Source: Lophium mytilinum (Eukaryota). From it: 64,000 nucleotides of DNA. A program made the translations under genes and the position numbers. This document shows, piece after piece, positions 1 to 13,255 of this stretch. Below the pieces are notes generated by a model. It did no database searches and was not told the DNA's origin. It worked only from the letters and a program-made list of their open reading frames with translations. Location: NCBI GenBank assembly GCA_010093605.1, contig MU004194.1, forward strand, positions 906,323 to 970,322. Direction: 5' to 3'. Each line of letters starts with the position of its first letter. Positions within the stretch are counted from its first letter, which is position 1.

Positions 1-1881
1 GACAAACGAGGCCATTGTATTTGGCTACCTGGTCGCCTGGTTCTTAGGAGAGGTATGCGCGTTTAGCAGTGACTATTTTGTTCTAGATTGCTAATCTTTT
101 GCAGTATGTTTTCCACGAGAAGAAAAGGGCCGTCATTGCGCAATTCCACGAATGGTTGGCTGGTGTAGCCCTGCCTCTCTGCAAGAAGCGACGCATCGAT
201 GTCACCACCATTTTTACCACCCACGCCACCTTACTCGGACGCTATCTCTGCGCCGGGTCAGTCGACTTCTACAACAACCTCCAATACTTTGATGTGGACG
301 CTGAAGCCGGCAAGCGTGGTATCTACCACCGATATTGCATCGAACGGGCAGCTGCGCATGCTGCCGATGTTTTCACAACCGTTTCCCATATTACTGCCTA
401 TGAGAGCGAACATCTGCTGAAGAGGAAGCCGGACGGCGTTCTCCCTAACGGTCTCAATGTTAAAAAATTCTCAGCTACTCACGAGTTCCAGAATCTCCAT
501 CAACAGGCTAAAGTCAAGATCAATGACTTTGTACGCGGTCATTTCTACGGGCATAACGACTTCGACCCGGAAAACACGCTATACTTCTTCACTGCAGGAC
601 GCTACGAATACCGGAATAAAGGAGTTGACATGTTCATCGAGTCGCTTGCTCGTCTCAACCATAGGATGAAAAGCTCAGGGTCTAAAATGACCGTGGTCGC
701 TTTCATTATCATGCCCGCGCAAACGCAGTCATTGACTGTCGAGGCTCTGAAAGGCCAGGCAGTCATCAAATCCCTCCACGACACCATTAAGATCATCGAA
801 CAGAATGTTGGCAAGAAGCTGTTTGAAAGGTCTATTGCTTGGCACGAGGGCTCGGAGCTTCCAGAAGACAAAGATCTAATTTCTCCAGCAGACAAGATCA
901 TGCTCCGTCGTCGGTTGTTTGCTATGAAGCGCCATAACCTCCCTCCGATCGTCACACACAACATGGTCAATGACGCAGAAGACCCAGTGCTGAATCAAAT
1001 CCGCCGCTGCCAGCTTTTCAACCACCCGTCGGATAGAGTCAAGGTTGTCTTCCACCCCGAGTTCTTAAACTCGTCCAATCCCGTGTTGCCGATGGATTAC
1101 GACGACTTCGTACGCGGAACGCATCTGGGTGTTTTCTCATCCTACTACGAGCCTTGGGGATACACACCTGCCGAATGTACGGTAATGGGCGTGCCTAGTA
1201 TCACGACGAACCTGTCTGGGTTTGGATGCTATATGGAGGAGTTGATCGAAAACGCGCAGGACTACGGCATCTACATTGTAGACCGGAGAATGAAAGGCGT
1301 TGACGATTCGGTCAATCAGCTGTCGGATTACATGTTCGACTTCACCCAGAAGAGCAAGCGACAACGTATCAATCAGCGCAACAGAACGGAGCGCTTGAGT
1401 GATCTGCTTGACTGGAAGCGTATGGGCATGGAGTATGTCAAGGCGCGGCAATTAGCGCTGAGGAGAGGCAAGTTCTTTGTTTGCTGTCCAGGAGGTCGAC
1501 GCCACTAACTTTAGCAACAGCTTACCCTGCCGCGTTCGAAGAGGGCGAGGAGCCTGATTTCTTCGGCTCGACTGAGGTCAAGATCTCCCGGCCGTTGTCG
1601 GAGCCTGGATCGCCACGTGATCGCTCCGGAATGATGACACCAGGTGACTTCGCGTCAATTCAAGAAGGCCGCGAGGGTCTCAGCACAGAAGATTACATAG
1701 CTTGGAAGCTACCGTAAGTACTGGCATATATATAAAGCTATATTATTAGACTCTAACAATTCTCAGGGAAGAGGAAGACCCCGAGGACTACCCATTCCCG
1801 TTGACGCTCAAGTTGAAGAAGCCAGGGGGGTCTGCCGGAGGGTCTGGCGCTGTGTCGCCAGCGGTCAACGGCACGGGCTGA
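1..1881 (+). CDS. GSY1: Glycogen synthase, 5'-truncated by window edge; exons 1-52, 105-1467, 1521-1713, 1767-1881
   Basis: GT3 motifs [37 protein letters not shown], Arg cluster [19 protein letters not shown]; splice sites and CTAAC-type branch points read directly; stop TGA 1879-1881. Confidence 0.97.
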
Positions 1882-3139
1882 TCAACGAAAGCTTGGTAGC
1901 CCGTATACAAAGGTCCTAAATTGCGTTCTTTGGAGAGACGAGGTAGTACAAAGGTGGTGACAACGGTCACGTGGATCTGAGGTAGTTCTCCTTCGAAGCT
2001 GGTCATTGCTTCTACTATGTATAGTTTGTATGGTGCTGCATCTTGAGTTTCTTGCTTTCCTTTCTTTTCCCTGTATCCTATATTTGCTCGGCATGATCTA
2101 TGCGCGGCACGAGTTCATCTGGATGGAGTTGCATACTTGCTTCAATACCAATCGCTTGCCCGTGTGTCCAATTGGCCCGACTGCGTGAAACGAAACGCGA
2201 AACGCGTTACTGAGACGGAATTGCGCGATCTCGACGGTGATCTGACATGTGACGGGATCGCAAACAAGCAATTCCAGCATTCTCCCGATGGCAGTCCCAC
2301 GTCATGGTTCGAGACACGGTCCTGCCGGATCGGTCCCGCTGGCCGCTGTGGGCTCGACGCCCCTTTTGAACCTCTGACAGCGGGACAGACCGTGTCGCAA
2401 TGTCTCACGAGCATTTGGTGTTTTGGACCCGAGGGGAGAGCGCTGAGATCCGAGCCATCCCTGTGCTACAAGGCTGGCCTGCTGGCCTGCATGTCGCCGG
2501 AAATAGAGCATGGAAAGTTCGAAGCGGCGTCGGCAGCTGGGTGCCCAATCTGGACATCTGGCTACGGCGCTGACGTGTCGGGAATTTGCGGACAGCCATG
2601 CGAGATAGCACGGTGGTTGATGCAGCAGCATAAGCAGCACAGGCAGGGCGATAATAGGAGGTCCAGGAATCAGGAATGTGTGGCTGAGTGGCACTTAGCG
2701 TGATTCGGGCCGCCCGCTGCGATTTGATATGATGCGTGTTCTGGTCCGCTTTTCCTCGACTCTCAGCCCAGGTACTACCTATCCCATCACCGTATTCCCA
2801 ATTCTCCGCCAGCACTCGCCGCCCTCTGCTGCCGTTTTGCTTCTCTCTTCTTTCACCGCGCCCAGAGCATGTACATTCACCAGCACTCGATACCTCGCCA
2901 TAGGGCTTCCGACGCCGTTCGCTGACATTTGGCAATGACCATTTCCCAATAACACCACCTCCACTGCACTCTTGTGCTCGGCACAGCACGGAACCTTTCC
3001 CCGGCCTACACTCTCTTCGCCAGCTTCGATTGTTTTTTACCTTGACTTGATTGCGCCTTCGTGGTCGTTGGATTGCGCTCCGCCCATCCCTCTCGCCACC
3101 TCGACCACCACCACCGCCGAGCTTTCGCGACCCATCACA

Positions 3140-6044
3140 ATGTTCGGGCCATGGATGGCGTTATGGGCGTGGCTCAAGGGGGTCTTCCCCAACCGAAAGT
3201 CCTTTCGGAAACCCCATTTTAACTTTATCACAATTCATTGTAGGTGATTCGAAGCCATAGCCCCATATGAGTAGCTCTAGATGCTAATTGTGCGTGCTCG
3301 TAGACACATACTTGATCTCCCTGTCGCTCATTGGCTCTGTTATGATCTATCCCGCAGGCGGAATGGCTTATGTGGACGCCCTCCTCTTCGCAAGTGGCGC
3401 ATGCACTCAGAGCGGGTTGAACCCGTACGTAGCCCTCTTCAGCCCTCTTCTTCAGAGATCCTGTATTGCGTTGCTAAAGTAGCTTCTAGGATCGACATAA
3501 ACACAATTACTACATATCAACAGGTATGAGCTCCAATCTATAGCCCCGTTCAACTGCGCCCATAAGTCTACATACTGACCTGTTCACAGGTAGTCATCTT
3601 CTTCCTAGCCTGCATCTGCAACCCAATATTCATCAACACATTTGTCGTCTTCGTCCGCCTCTATTGGTTCGAGAAGAGGTTCCAACACGTAGTACACGAG
3701 GCCATGAACTTCCGACACACTCGGACAAAATCGCGGTCCAAAAGCCAGGCAAAGGGGGAACACGATGTTGGTAGGGAAGAAGCTGGAGTTGGAACCCGTG
3801 AAATTAGGGTTCTTCGAGCTTCAGACGGACAAGCTCAAGGCAAAAAGATAGACGAGCAGGTTGATGGATATCGAAAAGTCTTTGACGACGACGACGAGAA
3901 AGGAGAGTCTTCTAATGGAGGATCGTCTAGCAGCGGGCAAGACAATCTAGTGGGATCGGCGGATGAAATTCCACATCCCAAACCGGAGAATGCTTCTACG
4001 CCCGAAGTCGCCTCTCCTTCACCGTTCCACCGCGACATAGTCTTCGCGGACGAGCTCAATCCGAGGGAAAGACCAAGTCATTTCAGATCTCTTTCCGGCT
4101 TGGAGCGGATACCGGAGCAGCGGAGTAAGGAGCAAAACATTGCGTTTGTGGAGAACCAACGGAATCCGAGAGACAAAGGGACACTTCGAATTCCCGGGCC
4201 TCGAGATTTCGACCGAGGAGACCTTCCGCAACACCTCAACGATGAAGAAGCTGCCCTCAACAAACAAATTTCGAACGATCAGCCCCACGGCATGACGCGG
4301 TCTAGATCAATTCCACCGGAGGAGTTGAATGCTGATGACCACCCGGTCAAGCATAACATCACTATCAACGAGCCAGATCACCCACGCCGGCCTGGCACTG
4401 GCATATCTTCGTTAAACTTCAACAAGCGTAGCGCAACCACTGGTGAAGAGAGCACAGTTATGACTCTCCGCCAACGAGCTCGCTCGAGAACATTCGGCAG
4501 CTTCATGTCGAAAACTGAGGAAGAAAGAGATCCAATGCCGTATTTGAGTTGGACCCCAACTCTTGGCCGAAACTCTGCTTTCGTGGACCTGACTGAGGAA
4601 CAAAGAGAGGAGTTGGGTGGCATTGAGTACCGCGCGCTCAAACTCCTGGCTCTCATTCTCGTTGGTGAGTGCCATGCATTTCCTGGTTTTCTCGCCAAGC
4701 TAACATTCACAGTCTACTATGTTGGGTTTCATCTTCTGGGAATGGTCTGTCTCTTGCCATGGGTAGTGCGGGAGAAGTATTACTCCGACCTTATCAATGC
4801 CGATGGACAAAACCCTATCTGGTGGGGCTTCTTTACTCCTGCATCGATGTTTAACGACCTTGGCTTCACCCTCACTCCAGATTCCATGATATCATTCGGC
4901 AAAGCAGTTTTTCCCATGCTACTTGGAACTTTCTTGATCGTAATTGGCAACACCGGATTTCCTTGCATGCTTCGCTTCGTCATCTGGGTCGTTCAGAAGT
5001 GTGTCCCCATGGGTAGTGCGGTATGGGAGGAATTGAGGTTTCTTCTGGACCATCCCAGGCGATGCTTCACCCTCCTGTTCCCCAGCAAGGCGAATTGGTG
5101 GCTGTTCTGGATCCTGGTACTGCTGAATGTTATCGACTTGGTCTTCTTCATCATTCTCGATGTAAGTTCTTTCGAACCCGCCGACTCTTACATGGGCATC
5201 ACTAACCTACTAACAGCTCAATGATCCTACCGTAACTTCGCTCCCAGGGGGCTTTCGGTTCCTTGATGGCCTGTTCCAAGCTGCCTCTACACGTACTGCC
5301 GGATTTTCTGTCGTGAATCTTGCTGATCTGCACCCGGCCATCCAAGTCTCGTACCTCATCATGATGTACATCTCCGTCTTTCCTATCGCCATCAGTATGC
5401 GTCAAACAAACGTCTACGAAGAGAAATCCCTTGGCGTCTGGTCCCAAGCCGACGAAGAAGACGACCAGCCCAACAGCTACCTCAGCGCCCATCTCCGCCG
5501 TCAACTCTCTTTCGATCTCTGGTTCGTCTTCCTCGGCTTCTTTCTCATCGCCATTATTGAAGGCGGTCGTCTCGAAAACACAAACGACTATGCTTTCACC
5601 CTCTTCTCCGTCCTCTTCGAGATCGTCTCTGCCTACGGCACCGTCGGTCTCTCCCTTGGTTACCCGGGCGTCAACACCTCCTTCTGCGCCCAGTTCCGAG
5701 CCCTCTCCAAACTTATCATCATCGCCATGCAGATCCGTGGCCGGCATCGTGGTCTACCCTACGCCCTTGACCGCGCTATCCTACTACCCAGCGAGAGTCT
5801 GCACAAGAAGGAGGACCAGGACGCGATGAAGCGCGCGCGCAGAGGCAGCTATGCTAGCGAGGCGCCGGATCGCGAGGGCCTCTATACTAACGGCCCTACG
5901 CCGACCGCGAGGAGAGGCAGCACATTCTCAGCGCACGACGGGGCCAGTGTGAGCGGAGGCCGAGAGAAGCCGCATGGGCTTAGTCGGCTGCTGAGCCAGG
6001 CGCTGAGTGCCAGCCCGACGATTCAGAGGGAGAAGCATGCTTGA
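3140..6044 (+). CDS. TRK1: Trk-family high-affinity potassium transporter (about 5 introns)
   Basis: Pore-loop motifs ACTQSGLN, FNDLGFTLTPDSM, STRTAGF, VSAYGTVGLSLGYP; LGGIEYRALK and RGRHRGLP; ATG 3140 (MFGPWMALW), stop 6042-6044. Confidence 0.95.
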
Positions 6045-7451
6045 TTGCCCATTATCAGGCTTCATTTTTTTCTAATTCCGTTTTGACGCGTCCTAGCGCG
6101 TTTGAGAAGTGTTCTTTCTGTTTGATTGGAGTGGGATGGGTCGGGGTTACTTCTGGCGTTTTTCTTATACATCTAAAACGGCGGGTTGGTATGCTGTGTT
6201 TTTGATACCTTGTCGACCCACGGTTGTGTTGGTCTGTCTCTTTTTCTGGGAATTGTATATATGGTTTGGGATGGATGGCTTGGTATATATATGTTGGATT
6301 TATGGAATAGAGGTGGTTGTAAAGAGCGTATGTGAAACAAATCACGTGATTATGGTAGAGGACGTTGCTCTGGATTAGTCAGCCGATGATCCTTCGATGT
6401 GGTGGGTATAAAAGAGTTGGCGTCGTCTCTTCTTTGCTTCAAAGGGGAGGAAGACAGGTCTCAGGCCTCTTGATTGGACTACACTAAAAGCACCAATACT
6501 GTATCTACCTCATGGTGTGGTTTGGACCGGGTATAAACAGCAGCCATATTGGCAGACTATGGACCCTGTGCTGGAGGAATCAAATCCCTCCTCGCGTCGA
6601 ACTGATGGGAGTGAGCGGTGTTCCGTCCTCTATGCCATGATGACGATAAGCAGCAGGAGGGAGGTGCCGAACGAGCTCAAGAAGCGTTGCACATACAGAA
6701 GATCAGCACCAGATTTCGGTGCGGAAGCCGCTGGAATGAACAAACAAGGATACAACGTTTGCGTGTAAGGACCTCCTTACACTAATGTTATGTGGCGCAC
6801 TCAAGGATTCGCTGTATCTCATCTCCTAGTCCAGATGATGTGATATGTCTGGGTGAAGAGAAGATTGTACTCATCATCAAACACCAACGACAAGAGCCCT
6901 CCCCAGATCCACGACACCTCCATAGTACGCCAGCGTGGCTCATTTTGCTGCAGCGACTGCAACCCTCCAAACTCCGCCGCCAGGAGAACCATTGGTTCGG
7001 ATAGGTGTGGATTTTGACAGTCCGCTCCATGGACAGGGTTCCCGGCACCCTTTGAACACTTCAACCCACCCAACAGTCAGAACCTCCACATTGGATATCG
7101 GAAGACTTTGCGAGACGAGCTTTTATACCTCATCGAGAGTATTTCCCTCGATTATTAAGCGTTCGATCACGTGAGTGCGAGTGGGACTTTCGTAAACAGA
7201 TATGAGATATCCCAGCAGCAAGCCAGATATTCTTCGCTATCGTAGCTATGCCCTCTTTAATCAACCCACCAGCAAGCCTCTCAAAGGTCCCAAAAATGCA
7301 TTCCTCAAAATTGCCGCCCAGCACCAACGCAATCATCGGTATCATGAATCATATCCATGCATCCCATGCCGTCCAAGAACGAAACCCAATCTCGTCCGCA
7401 GCTTTGATGACCAAAAGAGAAAGCAAACCTTCAAGTTGCCAGAAACTCATG

Positions 7452-10400
7452 CTATGCGCCCCTTCCAACGAAGCCCACAAAAAAGTTCCGCCACCCCTTC
7501 ATCGGATCGCCTTTTTGCCCTTTAGCGGCTGGATTGCTTGGTGCGCTGGCTAATTGTGTCACGTAGACCTCGGCTTCCTGCGCTCCGACGCCCATCCCAC
7601 CGAGCTCTTCGCGGAGACGGTCAAGATAGTTGACGCCGACCTTCTTGTAGATCTCGACTTGCAGCCCGGCGACTTCGAGAAGGACCTGGCGAGCCTGTGG
7701 GTCCTTGGCGCTGAAGCCTGAGCTTGCAGGTATACTCCATGCGAGGGGTGAGAAGCGGGAGACGGCAAAGGTGTCAAAGCCGGGGAGCGGCGAAGCAGTT
7801 GAGATGGGCGAGGTAGGGTCAGTGGTCGCGGCGGCAGGGTTGCCAGCTTCGGGGATCTTGTCCGGTCCGCCCCAAACGGCTGTCATACGGATGAGGACGG
7901 AGATGGACAGACGGCCATTGGGGTAGTCGCTTGTGTCGCGCGCAAAGTGCTCGAGTGTTCCGATGATGGTGTCGAAGGTTGCTTGATTAGCTAGATATCA
8001 TGGGTTAGAAAGGTTAAAGGCACGAATAGGAATCTCGATCCTGCTTACTGTTGCTGACTAGGACGGATCCGAGGTCTTGGTTCAAGAGGATGAGAAGGAA
8101 GTTGAGGTATTCGCGGCGCAGCTCTCCGAGCTGAATAACGTCATCAGTGCCTGCCGTCGGCTCGGCCAGGCTTGCGAAGATGCGTTGAAGGAGTGGTGTA
8201 AGTAGGGTATCTAGAATTCCAAAGATCTCAGATTTGAAGGTGAAAGTGACTTGGCCAAGGACCCGCAAGAATGAAGACATTTCGTCTTTGGTGGAGCTGA
8301 GGGATAACAGCCCGTCGATCCACCGAGGTAGCTGCTGAAGCAGGCGGGAGCCCAAAACGGCGATCATCCGAGAGAAAGCAGATCGGGCGGCCGTCCTAAT
8401 ATCCATCGAAGAGTTCAGAGATTCCAATGCCACAAGAATAGCTTCTGATGCTTTAACAAACTCGTCAGAGAACTCCACTGGCGGAAGAGCCCCTGGGGAG
8501 GCGGAGACCCATTCTGAGAATCCTTTTGACAGAGTGCCTAGAGCCATGATGATATGGTGAATTTGAAGCACAGCTCTTTCGTCGCCATTCTTTGCTGGTC
8601 CTAGAGTCTGTTCCATATCTGCGAACAAAGGGCCCATGACCGATCGAGCGTAAATAATTTTATTCTCAGCAGGTACAGAACCGGTGGAAGCAATAACCCC
8701 AATGGCTTCGAAAAGGTAGAGCTGAGCTGTGAAAACCGCGTCAGCCGACTGATCATCCTCATCCGATGACATATCGTCATCACCGGAATCATCTGGGAGC
8801 TCAGCCTTGATGGTGAGCAGGTCACCGATGGCTTGAATGATGGTCTGAGATACGCCACCGATTTGGGATCGAAGAGGTCGTACAAATCGGAGGAAGAGAT
8901 ACCAGGATCGCGTCCGAACCTTGATGTGGTCGTGGTGGGTTAGGCGGACAAAGTTCTCCAGAGCTCGCGGGACGGAAGCCGAGTTTTGCTCGAAGAATTG
9001 GTAATAGCGGACGCAGATCTCCATGTACTGGAGCTGGATTGAGGGATGTGGATATGTAGCGATTTCTAAAACTCGTCAGGTCATGCTCAAATATTTGGGA
9101 GATCAGGGGAACCATACCAGAATCGACCATGCTCGACATCATCTCTATCAGTCTATTAGATGCAACACTAGAAGGTTCTCGCTTCTGATAGAGACCCTGA
9201 TTTTTGACGGCGAGTTCACCGAAAAGGAACATTTCGTGCAATGCAAGGTCAAGATCTCGCCAATTCAGCGAGGGATCGTTGGAGCCGAGTTTACTGAAAG
9301 TGTTTGCCACTACGCGGCTTAAAGTGTCAATATACAGTGGCTCTTCTGTTGCGGCAACCGTCTGCTGCAGGACGTGGAGTCGCTTGCGGAGCTCCTGAAA
9401 TTCTGCTTCGTCAGTCTGCTCATCCTCCTCCCCCCAGGAGGCAGTCTCGTCGTATTTCATTTTGGATATAATGGCATCCAGAATTGGGCCAATCATAGCA
9501 TAATACTGAGAGGGTAGCTCTCCCTTAGCTTTCTTCAGCTTCCGGAAGAAAGTAAGAAGGTCGGTCAAGGACGGAATGACCGTTGAGCAAATCTCGTCGT
9601 ATTCGTCAGAGAAGAACCGGAGCAGATGGGGGATAAAGAGCTGACACAGCTCATCCGCGAGCTGTCTTGTTCGGTCGTCTACTGAGTCGTTGTCCAGCAC
9701 TTTTACGATGTCGAAGACGGTCATGTTGACAAGCTTTGCCACTGTCTCTGCGAGGTCAGTGTCGTAAGTTGAGGTAGTTCTGAGCTCGGAGAGCGCCGGA
9801 CTACTGATTAACTGCCCAACCACGTTCCCGAGATTGAGGAATAGTATCAGCTCGATCTTGTCGGCAGGTTTCATCTTCTTGCCCACAATCTCGGTGAAGG
9901 TGTCGATTGCTGCGTCTCGGACCTTTCCCTCGGGACTCTCAGGAGAAGATATCCCCTGTTGCCCCGCCATTTCGAGGAAATTGGTGATCATGGCCTCGTT
10001 GACGATGAGAGAGATTTCAGTCCAGCTAACCCACCGGCTGACGGTTCTCAGGCACATCTCGACGATCATCAGGTCAATCTGTCTCCACTTTGCAAGAATC
10101 TCCTGCCACGAGACGGCAATTTTCTGGGCGTCCCTTGCCCGGACTAGATCCTTGAGGTCGGTATTGCGTCTCTGCTCCTCCGAGGATCTCGAGACAAGAA
10201 CATCCGCGATCTCATCATTGACTTGGCTGAGCATCCGCATGTATAGTATGGTTCCAGCAACATTGACACTGCCAATAGCCGTCGAGTCCCCAGCGAGTGC
10301 CCGGAAATCGTCGAAGAAGGTATGCCAGCTAGACGGATACAATGAAGCGAAGAGGTATGTCATGGTCTGCGTGAGCTTGTTTTGGATGTGTGCCGTGTCG

Positions 10401-10801
10401 ACGGTGTCCTGTCGAGAGCCAGGAGTGTACATTTGTCGAATGTAGCCCATGAGGTTGTCCTTGATATAGCCCAGACTCTCGGCGTCCAGCCGGTGCTCCT
10501 GGACGGCATTGTTGACCACCTCCAGGGAGAAGTGACGCACTACTTCAAGAGGCCGAGGGTCGCGGGTGAACAGGACTAAGCAGACCTGCCAGGCGGTGGG
10601 GTCGGCCCGCAGCTGGTTGAGGAATTCGAGGGCTTGGGCGCGGAGGTTTTGGATGTTTGGGTCGGGAGAGGGGTTCCAGGCGATCTCGATGGCATTTTCG
10701 ACCTGCTGTAAAAGCAGTCAAGTCAGCGGATTGACGTTACAGGTGAGGGGGATTCGGAGGGGTGACACGAGAGGTGTCTGAGAGCATACCTGGGCGTCCA
10801 T
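7452..10801 (-). CDS. LOS1: Exportin-T (tRNA nuclear export receptor); 3 introns
   Basis: N-terminus [17 protein letters not shown]-repeat-like body with [45 protein letters not shown]; ORFs 8822-10540, 8014-9024 and 7452-7886 join through GT-AG introns. Confidence 0.93.
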
Positions 10802-11254
10802 GGTACACGACCACGACGAGGACGAAGTTTGCGGAGAGGTCGCTTAGGGAGCTGCGGTACCGTCCCCACGAAGGACACGCAGACGGGAGGTGGGTTGGTG
10901 GTGGTGGTGGAGGCTGGGGTATTTTATTTGCTACCGGGTCATTGGACGGAGGTCCAGCATCGTAATTCTAGCGGAGTAGATCGAGCAGGCGACAATTCAC
11001 CTGCACGAGGCGCTGTCAGTCAGGTGTGCCAGCGGTTCACGTGTCGGATTTAGTTGAACACACGGTTTCCGAGGGCTGCGTTTGGATGGAGTGCGTTCTT
11101 TGTCGTCGAGTCTGGCGGTCAGGGTGTGGTGCAAGTGGGATGTCGAACCGGACCCTCTCGCGTGTCTTAAAAGCTTCTCTGGTGGCTTTTGCCCGACATC
11201 GTCACCCCGTGCTGCCTTGTAATAGGTATGCCTCCTCTCTCGCGATATGGAAGT

Positions 11255-11565
11255 CTAGTAGCAGACACCTTAAGTTCCCACCTATAAAGAAGCTATAAAA
11301 GGACATGTTTCACGGTCTATCAAGAGTATATAATTTTCAACCCTCTTTTATACTGCTACTTAAGACTCCTAAGTACAACTTTAGGGATCAATCTAACTCA
11401 TATAATATAAATGCTGAGACTGTAAAGCAGAGTACCGCTATAGATTAGGATACTTACCTTTAGTTTGCCTTTCTACCCAAACGCTATCAACTTGTAAGAT
11501 GAAGTCACAGTAAGGACCTCGTAGATGGAAATTAAAGGTCGGCTTGATTAATGGGGACAAATCCT
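11255..11565. repeat. AT/TpA-rich degenerate segment, probably RIP-mutated repeat remnant
   Basis: Abrupt compositional shift with many TA dinucleotides (e.g. ttaagactcctaagtacaactttaggg, tataatataa) compared with ~50% GC neighbours; judged by eye only. Confidence 0.45.
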
Positions 11566-13011
11566 TAAGGGAAGGCCTCGTGTGCCGAGCTATGCTCCAG
11601 GTCCTCGATCTGAGCGTAACAAGAATCACCTTGGTCATTCGCCCATTCTTGAGAAAACCATAAGTTCATGTCCATGTCCTGCGCTCTGGGGCTGCTTAGC
11701 CGTAGAACACCCGCGACCATCTCACAAACGTCGTCTCGCGATAAGCCTCTTGCGAACCCAATGTGGAACCTCCTGACGAGTTCGCTAGAGCTAGCATATG
11801 TCGCCAGATCTGCTCGCTGTAGATCTTGCAGCGCCCTGAAGAGCTCTCGGTCGGCCTCTGTAACACCCGCATTTCGTGAGTAGAGGGTTTGAAAGTCTGC
11901 CGTCAATAAAGAGGGCCCAAATGCCTCGCACGCCGGCACGGTTCGAGCAAACTGCCAGTCAATTATACCGACGATGTTGTGTTCCTCGTCCACGAGTAAA
12001 TGGTCGCCTTTGTCGTTAACTTGTTTCAGAAAAAAGGCATTTCCGGACGTGTTTGAGCAGAGCTCGTGGTTATGCTGGCGCAGCAATTGGTAAAATAGAA
12101 ATGCTTCCTTCGGATATGTGTGGTAGAGTTGTCCATCTGCAATAAGATCAAGGTGCTGATCGGCAATAGTTGCGAAATAGTCAGCGTCAGTACGGAAAGG
12201 GCCGTATCGACCCAAGGTGATGAATCGATGACTGGCAACTGCTGCAACTTCGAAGGCCCCGTTTCTGTCTAGTAGCAGCGAGCCAGCTTTTTTAAAAGGG
12301 TGGTTACTGATCTCCACCAGAATGCCGGCAAACTGTCTCAGAACACGATTCCTCTGGTTTCCAGTGGCGATGGACGAATCGTATGGGTTTCCGGGAAGTG
12401 CTTGCATGAGCAAGTAATTGACACCAACATGGTTGGCGGGGTCAGATAAGAAGCCGAAACCGAACGCTCTTGGGGCAGGCACTTTTGTTGTCTCCAAGAA
12501 TTTCAGTGTTGCATACTCGCTGCTGACGAAGTATTCTACCAAAGTTGCCGGGATAGAACTGAAGTCGCTTCTTGGGATCCGAACCAGCCACTTTTCGCCG
12601 TCGTCGAAGTCTATCCAGGCGTGGTAGTTGGGGCAGCCCATAATTGCTCCATCTCCGACATGCTTTCCAGGACGAAAGGTACAGTGCTTCCCTTCATTGA
12701 GTGTGCTTGCGATCTGTACAAGCTCAGACTTGTCGATACGGGATATAAGCTCCTCCACTTCATCGTCATTCGCCTTTTACCAAGCTTGGTCATCTAGCTG
12801 TAGGAGCGATATGTAGTCAGTGCATAGATAACGTAGACAAATAATTAAACGAACTCACCTCAGAGATGGAAGGACACCGATGAAACTGTCGTGACTGATG
12901 TTTGGCGCAAAGATGGCTCTCGCAATGTGCGCAACTGAGTGCACGAACAGCAGGTTTACCGCAGTGTTCAATGGTGCATGTCGCAAAGCGTGGGACTATT
13001 GAGTTCTTCAT
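11565..13011 (-). pseudogene. APH/choline-kinase-like phosphotransferase with N-terminal AN1-like Cys/His zinc finger; premature stop and degenerate catalytic loop
   Basis: Exon 1 C-x4-C...C-x2-C...C-x2-H...H-x-C; phase-0 intron 12858-12798; exon 2 starts LDDQAW-TAA (12779-12777) and continues in frame into WLVRIPR, SEYATLKFL, VPAPR, IVGIIDWQ; catalytic HxD position reads QVN. Confidence 0.75.
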
Positions 13012-13255
13012 AGTGCTAGTATCTTGGTGCTTGAACAATACGTTGTGGGGAGCTGATAGTGTGAAGATTGCGAATAACGAAGGAGTAGCTCACTTAAGCG
13101 AGGCTCGTAAAGGGTTAAGGCGGCGAGTTCAAAGTGTTGATTCCGGTATCCTATATATACATCCTTCCCCTTTCCAATCTATAACTTTTCCTTACTAGTG
13201 GAACTGCTTCTGCACCTGTCAGCCGCCGCAACAGAGCTGCCGGGCGACCGACTTA

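Noticed and set aside
2137..2989. 188-194 aa ORFs upstream of TRK1
   Set aside because: Non-ATG starts or non-protein-like composition; consistent with GC-rich promoter/5' UTR
5202..5747. Long antisense ORFs over TRK1 (likewise over LOS1 and the 606-aa gene)
   Set aside because: Shadow ORFs caused by codon bias of the sense gene
6400..7200. TATA-like element and short ORFs between convergent TRK1 and LOS1
   Set aside because: No recognisable protein motif or consistent splice structure
13190..13200. CTAG-T resembling a Helitron 3' end next to the APH pseudogene
   Set aside because: No subterminal hairpin and no matching 5' TC boundary identified
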